Assembly: GCA_963716255.1 (NCBI GenBank)
Contig: OY970303.1
Location: 4,992,001-5,056,000 of the forward strand
Source: an uncultured Gemmatimonadales bacterium
GTDB lineage: Bacteria > Gemmatimonadota > Gemmatimonadetes > Longimicrobiales > Longimicrobiaceae
Length of the DNA stretch: 64,000 nucleotides
Direction: 5' to 3'
Numbering within the stretch: the first letter of the stretch is position 1; the number at the start of each line of letters is the position of its first letter. Position numbers and translations under genes: made by a program. Positions 8,489 through 18,306 of the stretch are shown piece by piece. Below the pieces are notes generated by a model. The model did no database searches and had not been told where the DNA came from. It saw only the letters and a program-made list of their open reading frames with translations.

Positions 8489-10621
8489 CTACGCCAGGCC
8501 CAGTGCGGACAGGATCACGTCGATCAGCTTGATCCCCGCGAAGGGGACCACCAGCCCGCCCAGGCCGTAGACCAGCAGGTTGCGCCGCAGAATGACGCTG
8601 GCCGGTGCCGGGCGGTACTTCACCCCGCGGAGCGCCAGCGGGATCAGCGCGACGATGATGAGCGCGTTGAAGATCACGCTGGACAGGATGGCCGACTGCG
8701 GGCTCGCCAGCCCCATCACGTTGAGCGCGTTCAGCTCCGGGTACGTCGCCGCGAACATCGCCGGGATGATGGCGAAGTACTTGGCCACGTCGTTGGCGAT
8801 GCTGAACGTGGTGAGCGAGCCGCGCGTCATCAGGAGCTGCTTTCCGATCTCCACCACCTCGATCAGCTTGGTGGGGTTGGAGTCCAGGTCCACCATGTTG
8901 CCGGCTTCCTTTGCCGCCTGCGTCCCGCTGTTCATGGCCACGCCCACGTCCGCCTGCGCCAGCGCGGGGGCGTCGTTGGTCCCGTCGCCGGTCATGGCCA
9001 CCAGCCGCCCGCCCTGCTGCTCGCGGCGGATCACCTCCATCTTGTCCTCGGGCCTCGCCTCGGCGAGGAAGTCGTCCACGCCGGCCTCCTGGGCGATGGC
9101 CGCCGCGGTGAGCGGGTTGTCGCCGGTGATCATGATGGTGCGGATGCCCATGGCGCGGAGCCGCTCGAAGCGCTCGCGGATGCCGCCCTTGACCACGTCC
9201 TTGAGGTAGACCACACCCAGCGCCCGCGCCACGCCGCTGTCCCGCTCGGCGACCACCAGCGGCGTGCCGCCCTCGCCGGAGATCCGCTCCACCGCCCGGT
9301 CGAGCTCGGCGGGGATCTCGCCCCCGTTCTCTCGGACCCAGCGCACCACCGCGTCGCCGGCGCCCTTGCGGAGCTGGCAGGCTCCCAGGTCGATCCCGCT
9401 CATCCGGGTCTGCGCGGTGAACGGCACCAGTTCGTGGGTTCCCTCAGCCAGCGTGCGTCCCCGGATCCCATACTTCTCCTTGGCGAGGACGACGATGCTG
9501 CGCCCTTCCGGGGTCTCGTCGGCGAGCGAGGCGAGCTGCGCCCGGTCGGCCAGGCGCTCGGCGGTCACGCCGGGGACCGGGACGAACTCGGCCGCCTGCC
9601 GGTTCCCCAGGGTGATGGTCCCCGTCTTGTCGAGGAGCAGCGTGTTGATGTCGCCCGCCGCCTCCACCGCCCGGCCGCTGGTGGCGATCACGTTGTGCTG
9701 GATCATCCGGTCCATCCCCGCGATCCCGATCGCGGAGAGGAGCCCGCCGATGGTGGTGGGGATGAGGCAGACCAGGAGCGCCACCAGCACCACCGTCGCC
9801 TGCGGCCCTCCGCTGTAGACCGCGAACGGCTGCAGTGTGGCGACGGCCAGCAGAAAGATGATCGTCAGCCCGGAGAGCAGGATGGTGAGGGCGATCTCGT
9901 TCGGCGTCTTCTGCCGGGTCGCGCCCTCGACGAGCGCGATCATCCGGTCGATGAAGGTTTCGCCGGGGTTGGAGGTGATGCGGATCACCAGCCAGTCGGA
10001 GAGCACCTTGGTTCCACCGGTCACGGCCGAGCGGTCGCCGCCCGACTCGCGCACCACCGGGGCGCTCTCTCCGGTGATGGCGCTCTCGTCCACCGACGCG
10101 ACCCCCTCGACCACCTCGCCGTCCGAGGCGATCACGTCGCCGGGCGTGCACAGGATCAGGTCGCCCCTGCGCAGCGCGGTGGCCGGCACCTCCTCGAACC
10201 GCTCGCGGTGCGCGGCGTCGGCCAGCCGCTTCGCCTGCGTCTCGGTCCGGCTGCGGCGCAGCGTGTCGGCCTGCGCCTTGCCGCGCCCCTCCGCCATGGC
10301 CTCCGCGAAGTTGGCGAAGAGCACGGTGAACCAGAGCCACGCGACGATCTGCACGGTGAAGCCGATCCCGTCGCTGCCCGCGGCCAGGTCGCGGGCCAGG
10401 ACGAGGGTGGTGAGCACGCTCCCGACCAGCACCACGAACATCACCGGGTTCCGCACCATGTGGCGCGGGGCGAGCTTGGCGAGGGCGTCGCCCGCCGCCC
10501 GCTTCACGATCGACGGCTCGAAAAGCGGCCTCGCCTTCGGCGCCCGCCCCGGGCCTCCCGCAGGCGGCCCGGACGGCACACTGGAGCGCGCCACCCTGAG
10601 GTCCTTCAGCTGCGTGTCCAT
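8489..10621 (-). CDS. kdpB: K+-transporting ATPase subunit B (P-type ATPase)
   Basis: TGES, DKTGTIT phosphorylation motif, [20 protein letters not shown]. Confidence 0.98.
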   Translation of the reverse strand: MDTQLKDLRVARSSVPSGPPAGGPGRAPKARPLFEPSIVKRAAGDALAKLAPRHMVRNPVMFVVLVGSVLTTLVLARDLAAGSDGIGFTVQIVAWLWFTVLFANFAEAMAEGRGKAQADTLRRSRTETQAKRLADAAHRERFEEVPATALRRGDLILCTPGDVIASDGEVVEGVASVDESAITGESAPVVRESGGDRSAVTGGTKVLSDWLVIRITSNPGETFIDRMIALVEGATRQKTPNEIALTILLSGLTIIFLLAVATLQPFAVYSGGPQATVVLVALLVCLIPTTIGGLLSAIGIAGMDRMIQHNVIATSGRAVEAAGDINTLLLDKTGTITLGNRQAAEFVPVPGVTAERLADRAQLASLADETPEGRSIVVLAKEKYGIRGRTLAEGTHELVPFTAQTRMSGIDLGACQLRKGAGDAVVRWVRENGGEIPAELDRAVERISGEGGTPLVVAERDSGVARALGVVYLKDVVKGGIRERFERLRAMGIRTIMITGDNPLTAAAIAQEAGVDDFLAEARPEDKMEVIRREQQGGRLVAMTGDGTNDAPALAQADVGVAMNSGTQAAKEAGNMVDLDSNPTKLIEVVEIGKQLLMTRGSLTTFSIANDVAKYFAIIPAMFAATYPELNALNVMGLASPQSAILSSVIFNALIIVALIPLALRGVKYRPAPASVILRRNLLVYGLGGLVVPFAGIKLIDVILSALGLA

Positions 10622-10622
10622 A

Positions 10623-12341
10623 TCAGAACAGCCTCCCCGCGTTCATCAGGAAGTGCTCGACGATCGGACCGAGCGAGAGCACCGGGAAATACGTCAGCGC
10701 GCCCACGATCAGGATCACCGAGACCAGGAGCCCCACGAAGAGCGGGGTGTCGACCGGGAAGGTGCCCGCCGTCTCGGGCGCCACCTTGCGCTCGGCCAGG
10801 AAGCCCCCCAGCGCCAGCGCCGGGACGATCAGCGCGAAGCGGCCCAGCAGCATCGCGAAGCCCAGCAGCGTGTTGTAGAAGGGGGTGCCGGCCGTCAGGC
10901 CGGCGAAGGCGCTGCCGTTGTTGGCGGCGCCGGACGTGAAGGCGTAGAGGATCTCGGCAAGGCCGTGCGGGCCCTGGTTGCTGCGGCCCACGAGCCCCGG
11001 CTCCATCACCGAGGCCGCGGCGGTCATGATCAGCACCACGGCGGGGAAGGCCAGCACGTACAGCATGGCCATGCGCACCTCCCGGCTGCCGATCTTCTTC
11101 CCCAGGTACTCGGGGGTGCGCCCCACCATCAGCCCGGCGATGAAGACGGTGAGCACCACGAAGACCAGCATCCCGTAGAGCCCGGCGCCCACCCCGCCGA
11201 AGACCACCTCGCCCAGCTGCATGTTCACCATCGGCACCAGCCCGCCCAGCGGGGTGAACGAGTCGTGCATGGCGTTCACGGCCCCGCACGAAGCCGCCGT
11301 GGTGACCACCGCGTACAGCGCGCTGCCCACGATGCCGAAGCGCGTCTCCTTGCCCTCCATGTTTCCCGCGGAGTGGCCCTCCATCACACCGGCCACGTCG
11401 ATGCCGCGCGCGGCGTGCACGGGATTTCCCGCAGACTCCGCCCAGTAGGTGACGGCCGTGCCGGCGAAGAACAGGACGAACATGGCGGTCCAGATCGCCC
11501 AGCCGTGGCGCGGCCTGCCCGCCAGGCGCCCGAAGGCGTGCACCAGTCCCGCCGGGATCAGGAAGATCGCCAGCATGGAAAGGAAGTTGGTGAGCGGCGT
11601 GGGGTTCTCGAACGGGTGCGCGGAGTTCGCGTTGAAGAAGCCGCCGCCGTTGGTGCCCAGCTGCTTGATGGCCTCCTGGCTCGCCACCGGCCCCATCGGC
11701 AGCGTCTGCTGTGCGCCCTCAACCGTGGTCACCACCTCGTAGGCGCTGAAGTTCTGGATCACGCCGCGCGAGACGAGGACCAGCGCCAGGCCGACGGAGA
11801 GAGGGACGAACAGGTAGAGGGTGCCGCGCACCAGGTCGGCCCAGAAGTTCCCCAGCCGGCCGCCGGAACGCCGCACGATCCCGCGCGCCAGGGCGAAGGC
11901 CACCGCCATCCCCACGGCCGCCGAGGCGAAGTTGTGGAAGGCGAGCTGCGTCGTCTGCGAGAAGTACGACATCGTCGACTCGCCGGAGTAACTCTGCCAG
12001 TTGGTGTTGGTGGTGAAGCTCGCCGCCGTCTCGAACGCCTGCCGGTCCACCACCCCGGCGAACTCCTGTGGGTTGAGCGGCAGGACGCCCTGAAGGCGCA
12101 GCACGGCATAGGTGGCGAGCATGGTCACGAGGCTGAACAGCAGCATGGCCGCGGCGTAGCGCGTCCAGTGCTGGTCCTCGTCGGGGTTCACGCCGAGCAC
12201 GCGGTAAATCCCCGTTTCCACGGGGCCCAGCCACCTCCGTCGCCCTTCGTAGACGGCGTGGATGTACACCCCCATCGGTCGGGTCACGACGAGGAGCGCG
12301 GCGCAGAAGAAGAGGATCTGGAGCCAGCCGTTGGCGGTCAT
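10623..12341 (-). CDS. kdpA: K+-transporting ATPase subunit A
   Basis: [58 protein letters not shown]. Confidence 0.98.
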   Translation of the reverse strand: MTANGWLQILFFCAALLVVTRPMGVYIHAVYEGRRRWLGPVETGIYRVLGVNPDEDQHWTRYAAAMLLFSLVTMLATYAVLRLQGVLPLNPQEFAGVVDRQAFETAASFTTNTNWQSYSGESTMSYFSQTTQLAFHNFASAAVGMAVAFALARGIVRRSGGRLGNFWADLVRGTLYLFVPLSVGLALVLVSRGVIQNFSAYEVVTTVEGAQQTLPMGPVASQEAIKQLGTNGGGFFNANSAHPFENPTPLTNFLSMLAIFLIPAGLVHAFGRLAGRPRHGWAIWTAMFVLFFAGTAVTYWAESAGNPVHAARGIDVAGVMEGHSAGNMEGKETRFGIVGSALYAVVTTAASCGAVNAMHDSFTPLGGLVPMVNMQLGEVVFGGVGAGLYGMLVFVVLTVFIAGLMVGRTPEYLGKKIGSREVRMAMLYVLAFPAVVLIMTAAASVMEPGLVGRSNQGPHGLAEILYAFTSGAANNGSAFAGLTAGTPFYNTLLGFAMLLGRFALIVPALALGGFLAERKVAPETAGTFPVDTPLFVGLLVSVILIVGALTYFPVLSLGPIVEHFLMNAGRLF

Positions 12342-12342
12342 C

Positions 12343-12432
12343 TCAGAACTTCTCCGGTCGCAGGAGCGTGTAGACCAGGTAGGCGAGCAGCGCCGCGGCG
12401 ACCGCGAGCCCGCCCCAGTGTTCGAGGGTCAT
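12343..12432 (-). CDS. kdpF: KdpF, 29-aa membrane subunit
   Basis: MTLEHWGGLAVAAALLAYLVYTLLRPEKF carries the KdpF signature YLVYxLLRPEKF and lies directly before kdpA. Confidence 0.93.
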   Translation of the reverse strand: MTLEHWGGLAVAAALLAYLVYTLLRPEKF

Positions 12433-12545
12433 TTCGGCCCCTCCGCTTCGCCCGCCTCCCGGCCCAGCGCCTCGCAGCCGCGCACGTACGCGAGCATCAG
12501 GGCGAAGAAGCCGACCGTGGCCAGCGGGTAGATCAGGTCGAGCAT
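12429..12545 (-). CDS. 38-aa hydrophobic peptide coupled to kdpF (not in the ORF track)
   Basis: RBS GGAGGAGGA, then MLDLIYPLATVGFFALMLAYVRGCEALGREAGEAEGPK. Its stop overlaps the kdpF start (ATGA). Confidence 0.75.
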   Translation of the reverse strand: MLDLIYPLATVGFFALMLAYVRGCEALGREAGEAEGPK

Positions 12546-12594
12546 CCGGTCCTCCTCCGTTCATGGATCGTTCGGTCACTCCGGATCGGAGTGG

Positions 12595-13089
12595 TCAGCG
12601 GCTCCTGCGCATCCGCACGCGGCCCGCCGCGCCGGTCACCCGCGTGCCGTAGTGCCAGCGCCCGGTGATGGAGTCCCCCGCCAGGTGGCCGCGGATGGTG
12701 AAGTCCTCGTCCCCGTCCGGAGACTCCCAGGCGAGCTCCACCGAGTCCGGCCGGACCCAGCGCGCCACCACCCCCGGCGCGTCGCCCCGGCGCCGCGGCT
12801 CGAACCCGAAGCGGCTCAGGGAGAGCGTGTGGGTGCCCACGTGGGTCGGCGCGCCGGTCAGGCCGGGTGCCTTGCCGGGCCGGTCCTCGCGGAGCAGCGC
12901 GACTCGGCCCCGCGCCGTCCCCGCGGTGGCCGAGTCCGCTCGCCCCAGCATGGGCCGGGTGAGCACCAGCTCCGCGCTCCAGACCCCGGTGAGCGGGTCC
13001 GGACCCCCGCCCGCCGGGGGGCGGTCGGGCGCGCCGCACGCCGCGAGCGCGGCCGTAAGCAGCAGTCCTGTCGCCCGCCCGGCTCGCAT
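12595..13089 (-). CDS. Hypothetical lipoprotein, first gene of the kdp transcript
   Basis: RBS GGAGG, lipobox LAAC, beta-rich body with a GxW repeat (LTGVWS ... ITGRWH). Confidence 0.7.
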   Translation of the reverse strand: MRAGRATGLLLTAALAACGAPDRPPAGGGPDPLTGVWSAELVLTRPMLGRADSATAGTARGRVALLREDRPGKAPGLTGAPTHVGTHTLSLSRFGFEPRRRGDAPGVVARWVRPDSVELAWESPDGDEDFTIRGHLAGDSITGRWHYGTRVTGAAGRVRMRRSR

Positions 13090-13166
13090 CAGCCTCCATC
13101 CTCGCATCGTCGCCTCCTGTGCTGGACCACCCCGTCGTCGCGTGCAGGGAATCTCGGGGGAGCCCC

Positions 13167-13216
13167 GTTAAGGGCGCACAAAGACGGGCGGGGTCGGCGT
13201 TAAGAAGTCACAAAGA
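13167..13216 (-). promoter_or_regulatory. Tandem 18-bp boxes, putative KdpE binding sites upstream of the kdp operon
   Basis: GTTAAGGGCGCACAAAGA (13167-13184) and GTTAAGAAGTCACAAAGA (13199-13216), starts 32 bp apart. The same arrangement occurs at 15284-15333. Confidence 0.75.
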
Positions 13217-13249
13217 GAAACGGCGGCGACCCGTGAGGGCCGCCGCCGT
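13210..13249 (-). terminator. Rho-independent terminator after kup
   Basis: Minus strand ACGGCGGCGGCCC-TCAC-GGGTCGCCGCCGT hairpin followed by TTCTCTTTG. Confidence 0.7.
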
Positions 13250-13272
13250 GTCCACGTAGGATGGAGCGGGGG

Positions 13273-15210
13273 TCAGAGCTCGATCTGCGCTCCCAGCTCC
13301 ACCACCCGGTTCGGAGGCAGACAGAAGAACGAGGTAGCCGGGCGCGCGTTCCGCGACATCACCGCGAACAGGTGCTCCCGCCACATCGCCATCCCCGGCT
13401 GGCGGGACGGGATCAGCGTTTCCCGCCCGAGGAAGAACGAGGTCCGCATCGGCGCGAGGTCCAGCCCGTTGGCGCGGACGCCCTCGAGCGCCTCCGGGAC
13501 GTCGGGCTCCTCCATGAAGCCGTAGCGGACGGCGATCCGGAAAAAGCCGTGCCCCAGCGCCTCCACCGTGGCGCGCTCCGCCGGGTCCACGTGCGGGACT
13601 TCGGCCGTCTCGATGGCCAGGAGCACCACCTGCTCGTGCAGCACCCGGTAGTGCTTCAGGCTGTGCAGGAGCGCGGGAGGCGTCCCCATGGGGTTCCCGT
13701 ACATGAACACCGCCGTCCCGGGCACGCGGTGCGGCGGGCTGCCCGCCACGTCCTTGAGGAAGAGCTCCCAGGGGAGGGACGAGTCCGCCAGCCGCTTCGC
13801 CAGGATCAGGCGCCCCGTCTTCCAGGTGGTCATCAGCGCGAAGATCAGCGCGCCGACCACCAGCGGGAACCAGCCGCCGTGCGGGATCTTGACGATGTTC
13901 GCGCCGAAGAACGCCAGGTCGATGAAGAGGAACACGGCGCTGAAGGCCGCCACGGCGCCCGTTCCCCACTTCCAGCGCTCCCGCTGCACCACCGCGAGCA
14001 GGATGGTGGTCACCACCATGGTGGTCGTCACCGCTACCCCGTAGGCCGCCGCCAGGTTACTGGAGGAGCGGAAGCCCAGCACCAGGCCGATGCACGAGAC
14101 CATCAGCAGCCAGTTGACCCCGGGGATGTAGATCTGCCCCCGCACCCGCGCGGAGGTGTGCTCGATCGCCACGCGGGGCAGGTAGCCGAGCTGCACCGCC
14201 TGCATGGTGAGCGAGAACGCCCCCGAGATCAACGCCTGCGACGCGATGATCGCCGCCATCGTCGCGATCACCACGGTCGGGTACAGGGCCCAGGACGGCA
14301 CCATCTCGAAGAAGGGGTTCTCCACCGCCTCGGGCCGGAGCAGGAGCAGCGCCCCCTGGCCGAAGTAGTTCAGGAGCAGCGCCGGCAGCACGATCGCGAA
14401 CCAGGCGAGGCGGATGGGCCGCCGCCCGAAGTGCCCCATGTCGGCGTAGAGCGCCTCGCCGCCGGTGACCACCAGGAACACGGACCCCAGCACCAGGAAC
14501 CCGTGCCAGCCGTTCACCGCGAAGAAGCGCACCGCGTGGTGCGGGCTCACCGCCAGGAAGACCCGCGGCTCGCGGACGATCCACGAGATGCCCAGCGCCG
14601 CCAGCGCCGCGAACCAGACCAGGGTGACGGGACCGAAGACCCTGCCGATGGTCGCGGTGCCGCGGCTCTGCACGGCGAAGACTCCCACCAGGACGGCGAT
14701 GGTGATGGGGATGATGTACGGCTCGAAGAGCGGCGTGGCCACCTTGAGCCCCTCCACCGCGCTCAGCACCGTGATGGCCGGGGTGATGATGCCGTCGCCG
14801 TAGAGCAGCGCCGTGCCGAACAGGCCGAGCATGATGAGCGCCCAGCGCCCTCCCTTGCGCATGGCCCCCACCGGGGTCACCAGCGCGGTGAGCGCCAGGA
14901 TCCCGCCCTCGCCGCGGTTGTCGGCACGCAGCACGAACGCCGCGTACTTCACCGAGATGACCAGCACCAGCGACCAGAAGACCAGCGAGAGGACCCCGAA
15001 GACGTTGGTCTCGGTGACCGCCAGGTGGTAGTAGTGGAAGGACTCGCGGACGGCGTAGAGGGGGCTGGTGCCGATGTCGCCGTACACCACCCCGAGCGCG
15101 GCGAGGGCGAGAAAGGCCAGGTATCGTCCCCCGCGCTCGCCCCCGGGATGGCCGTGCGTGACGGAGCCGTCGCCGTGGATCCCGCTCCCTTTCCCCTCGC
15201 TCGCCTGCAT
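13273..15210 (-). CDS. kup: KUP/HAK/KT potassium transporter
   Basis: LGVVYGDIGTSPLY, ADNRGEGG, GDGIITPAI, EALYADMGHFG, GQIYIP, AYGVAV. Confidence 0.97.
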   Translation of the reverse strand: MQASEGKGSGIHGDGSVTHGHPGGERGGRYLAFLALAALGVVYGDIGTSPLYAVRESFHYYHLAVTETNVFGVLSLVFWSLVLVISVKYAAFVLRADNRGEGGILALTALVTPVGAMRKGGRWALIMLGLFGTALLYGDGIITPAITVLSAVEGLKVATPLFEPYIIPITIAVLVGVFAVQSRGTATIGRVFGPVTLVWFAALAALGISWIVREPRVFLAVSPHHAVRFFAVNGWHGFLVLGSVFLVVTGGEALYADMGHFGRRPIRLAWFAIVLPALLLNYFGQGALLLLRPEAVENPFFEMVPSWALYPTVVIATMAAIIASQALISGAFSLTMQAVQLGYLPRVAIEHTSARVRGQIYIPGVNWLLMVSCIGLVLGFRSSSNLAAAYGVAVTTTMVVTTILLAVVQRERWKWGTGAVAAFSAVFLFIDLAFFGANIVKIPHGGWFPLVVGALIFALMTTWKTGRLILAKRLADSSLPWELFLKDVAGSPPHRVPGTAVFMYGNPMGTPPALLHSLKHYRVLHEQVVLLAIETAEVPHVDPAERATVEALGHGFFRIAVRYGFMEEPDVPEALEGVRANGLDLAPMRTSFFLGRETLIPSRQPGMAMWREHLFAVMSRNARPATSFFCLPPNRVVELGAQIEL

Positions 15211-15283
15211 CCGTGCTCCTCGTCCTGGCTTGAGTGTGCATCCCGCCCGGGCGGCAGTGCCGGCGGAAGATGCACAGAGCCAT

Positions 15284-15333
15284 GTTAAGGAAGCACAAAG
15301 ATCGGGGAGGGTGGTGTTAAGAAGTCACAAAGA
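15284..15333 (-). promoter_or_regulatory. Tandem 18-bp boxes, putative KdpE binding sites upstream of kup
   Basis: GTTAAGGAAGCACAAAGA (15284-15301) and GTTAAGAAGTCACAAAGA (15316-15333). The second is identical to 13199-13216. Confidence 0.75.
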
Positions 15334-16887
15334 AATGCCGCCGTCCACGAGGTCCGCCGCAGGCAGGGTGAACCGGAACACGCTCCCGCCGCCCGGGCGC
15401 GGCTCGTAGGCGAGCGATCCGCCCTGCGCCTCCGCCAGCCTGCGGGAGATGGACAGGCCGAGCCCCGCCCCGCCCACGTCGGGCTGGGCGCGGCTGGCCC
15501 GGTAGAAGGGCGAGAAGACCTGCTCGGCCTCCGGAGCTGGGATCCCCGGGCCCCGGTCCGCGACCTCGAACACCAGCCGGTCGCCCTCCCGGCGCGCGGC
15601 AAGGTCGACGGCTGTGCCGGGAGGGGCGTACTTGTGGGCGTTCTCCAGCAGGTTGACCAGGACGCGCAGCGAGTGGACGAAGTCGAAACGCCCCAGCAGG
15701 AGCGGTTCTCCCGGGCCGAGCGAGGCCCGGACCTCCCGCCCGGCGAGCGATCCGGAGACGCGCTGCAGGGCCGCCCCGAGCAGGTCCTCCGCCGCGGTGA
15801 GCTCCGGGCTGAGCCGCAGCTCCCCCGCGTTCAGTTGCGACAGGTCGAGCAGGTCCGCCACGAACCGGTTGAGCCGGTCGGCCTCCTCCTCGATGTCCGC
15901 CGCCCGCTCGTCCCCTTCCCCCGCGATGTCGTGCGCCAGCGCCTTGATGGTGGTGAGCGGAGTGCGCAGGTCGTGCGACACCGAGGCGATCAGCGCGTCC
16001 TTGAGCCGGTCCGTCTCCCGCAGCGCCTGCGCGTGCTCCGCCTCGGCGGCCAGGCGGACGCGCTCGGCCCCCAGCGCCGCATAGGGGGAGAGCGCCGCGA
16101 AGAAGCGGCGCTGCGCGGCGGTGAGCGAGATGCCGCCGCGGCACACCACGCGCAGCACCCCCACCGTCCGCTCCCGCTCGCGGAGCGGCAACGACAGCCC
16201 GCGTGCCTTCTCCACGTCCGGAATCGGAGCGCCCGTCCCGGCGGGGGGGAGCACCCGCGTCGTCCCGTCCAGCCGCTCCACGATCCCGGTCCCCCGGTCC
16301 ACGGCCATCGCGGCCGCCTGCGCGCCGTCCTCGTCGCCCGGCGAGGCGGTGCTCCATGCGCGCGCCCCCAGCTTCACGCTCCGGTCGCCGTCCGGAAGCC
16401 AGATCTCGCACCCATCAATCCCCAGCGTGCTCCGGATCACCTCGGCGACGGCGTACAGCGCGTCCTCGGCCCGGGCGGCGTTCAGCGTCTCCGCCCCGAG
16501 CGTGGAGAGGCGCTCGATCTCGCCCGCGCGCCGCCTCGCGTCCTCGGCCTCGCTGCGGGCGCGGAAGAGGAGATGGGTGGCGACGCCGGCCACCACCAGG
16601 AAGGTGAACAGGACCAGCCAGTCGAGCGGGTCGTGGACGACGAAGGTGCCGAACGGCGGGAGGAAGAAGAAGTTGAAGCAGAGGAAGGACAGGAAGGCGA
16701 GCACGATGCCGCGGACCCGGCTCCCGCGCGTGCTCCCGGCCAGCACCAGGAGCAGGTAGGCGAGGGCCACGTGCGCCCGGTCGAGGCCGGGGCGCACGGC
16801 CACCATTCCGGCCGTGAGCACTCCGAGGGCGGCCAGCCACGCGGCCCACCCGAGCGCCTCCCGAGCCCGATCTCGAAGTGGCGCCAT
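15325..16887 (-). CDS. KdpD-type membrane sensor kinase (DUF4118 4-TM, GAF, HisKA, HATPase) lacking the KdpD N-domain
   Basis: FNFFFLPPFGTF (DUF4118), SVSHDLRTPL, NLLENAHKY, DRGPGI, GAGLGLSI. Confidence 0.9.
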   Translation of the reverse strand: MAPLRDRAREALGWAAWLAALGVLTAGMVAVRPGLDRAHVALAYLLLVLAGSTRGSRVRGIVLAFLSFLCFNFFFLPPFGTFVVHDPLDWLVLFTFLVVAGVATHLLFRARSEAEDARRRAGEIERLSTLGAETLNAARAEDALYAVAEVIRSTLGIDGCEIWLPDGDRSVKLGARAWSTASPGDEDGAQAAAMAVDRGTGIVERLDGTTRVLPPAGTGAPIPDVEKARGLSLPLRERERTVGVLRVVCRGGISLTAAQRRFFAALSPYAALGAERVRLAAEAEHAQALRETDRLKDALIASVSHDLRTPLTTIKALAHDIAGEGDERAADIEEEADRLNRFVADLLDLSQLNAGELRLSPELTAAEDLLGAALQRVSGSLAGREVRASLGPGEPLLLGRFDFVHSLRVLVNLLENAHKYAPPGTAVDLAARREGDRLVFEVADRGPGIPAPEAEQVFSPFYRASRAQPDVGGAGLGLSISRRLAEAQGGSLAYEPRPGGGSVFRFTLPAADLVDGGISL

Positions 16888-16891
16888 AGCG

Positions 16892-17587
16892 TCAGTCCAG
16901 GGCGCGGAACCGGTACCCCACGCCCGGCTCGGTCACGAGCAGCGTCGGGCGCACCGGGTCACGCTCGATCTTGCGTCGGAGGTTGGCCACGTGCACCCGG
17001 AGGTACGCCTGCGGGTCCCCTCCGGAGCGCCCCCAGACGGAGCGGAAGATCTGCTCATGGGTGAGCGTGCGGCCCGCCTGCGCCACGAACGCGCGCAGCA
17101 GGTCCCACTCGGTGGGAGTCAGGTGGATTTCCTCGCCGTCGCGCGCGACCACGCGGCGCGCCAGGTCGATGGCGAGTCCGTCCATCTCCACCCCGCCCGC
17201 CTCCGTGGGAAGCGGTGTGCTGCGGGCGCGGCGGAGTTGGGCGCGCACGCGCGCCTGGAGCTCGGCCGTGCTGAACGGCTTGGTCACGTAGTCGTCCGCT
17301 CCGGCGTCCAGCAGCGACACCTTCTCGTGCTCCGAGTGCCGGGCGGAGAGAACGAGGATGGGCGCGCTGGACCACTTCCGCACCTCGTGGCAGACGCTCG
17401 CGCCGGCCATGTCGGGCAGCCCGAGGTCGAGCACGATCAGGTCCGGGCGCTCGGCGGCAGCCAGGTCGATGCCCGCCTGCCCGGTACCCGCCTCCAGCAC
17501 TCTCCCGGCCAGGCCCTCGAGTGCGTTGCGCACCACGCGGCGGATCTGCGGTTCGTCGTCGATGACGAGGATGCTCGGGTCGGGCAC
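16892..17587 (-). CDS. kdpE: KdpE-like OmpR-family response regulator
   Basis: ILVIDDEPQIRR, LDLGLPD, GADDYVTKPF, LTPTEWDLL, LRRKIERDP, TEPGVGYRF. Confidence 0.92.
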   Translation of the reverse strand: MPDPSILVIDDEPQIRRVVRNALEGLAGRVLEAGTGQAGIDLAAAERPDLIVLDLGLPDMAGASVCHEVRKWSSAPILVLSARHSEHEKVSLLDAGADDYVTKPFSTAELQARVRAQLRRARSTPLPTEAGGVEMDGLAIDLARRVVARDGEEIHLTPTEWDLLRAFVAQAGRTLTHEQIFRSVWGRSGGDPQAYLRVHVANLRRKIERDPVRPTLLVTEPGVGYRFRALD

Positions 17588-18080
17588 GCCTGGACCTCCG
17601 TCGAGGGCGATGTACGGATGGAACGTGGCATTGTGTCACCAGGCCGTGCAAGGGCGTATGCCCATACGGACCCGGATCGTGGACTGCAAGAAACCAGGCC
17701 GGCTGCCTGGAAGGCTGTCGGCAGCGCGCACGCCGGGAGACGGTCCGTCAGGCCCGGACACGCAACCCCGTGCGAGTTGCAGAAGTGTCGCGGCTACACC
17801 CCCAACCGCAAACTGCGCGTGCGGACGGGATATCGGTACGGAGGACTGCGGAAGAGTGTGTCGTGACGAGATGCCGACGGCATTTGGAACCGGAGACGCA
17901 TCCGGCAGATCTGCTGAAATTGCATCGCAAGCGAGTGGGGAAGGAGCAGAAATGGGCCAATCTTGTTGCTGAAAATCATAAATCAAATGAAGATGCTGGG
18001 TTGCTGAGGGGCCCACAAGCCTCTTCCTTGGATCACTCGAATCGAAGCTACGAGCAATGCCGGAACGGGTGTCGCGTTCC

Positions 18081-18109
18081 TTGACATCGTGTTGGACGAC
18101 CGCGATCCT
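18081..18109 (+). promoter_or_regulatory. Possible sigma-70 promoter for the DUF6603 operon
   Basis: Perfect TTGACA at 18081-18086, a 17-bp spacer and a weak -10 (GATCCT). Confidence 0.3.
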
Positions 18110-18306
18110 GCGACGCGTTCTTGCAGGCCATGGCGGCTTCTTCCGGGGCCTCCCCGCCCGTGGTACGGACGGACGTCGCCCGCAGCATCCCGAGACGACG
18201 ACATCCGTGCCCGCTCGCCCCCGAGCGCAGCGGTCCGTTCCTGCCGTCGCCGGCCGCGCTCGCGCGGCCGGAAGCCGGCGTCCGCCTCCCCGCGTCCCGC
18301 GTTCCC

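Noticed and set aside
7670..12668. Very long plus-strand ORFs (1089 aa, 943 aa) opposite kdpABC
   Set aside because: Antisense shadows of high-GC genes; Arg/Gly-rich with no motifs, while the minus strand carries clear Kdp proteins.
13167..15333. 18-bp repeats as a CRISPR array or att sites
   Set aside because: Only two pairs with 14-bp gaps, no cas or integrase genes, and both pairs lie in promoter positions.
17647..17664. Sigma-54-like sequence upstream of kdpE (TGGGCATACGCCCTTGCA, minus strand)
   Set aside because: GG-to-GC spacing is 11 rather than the required 10.
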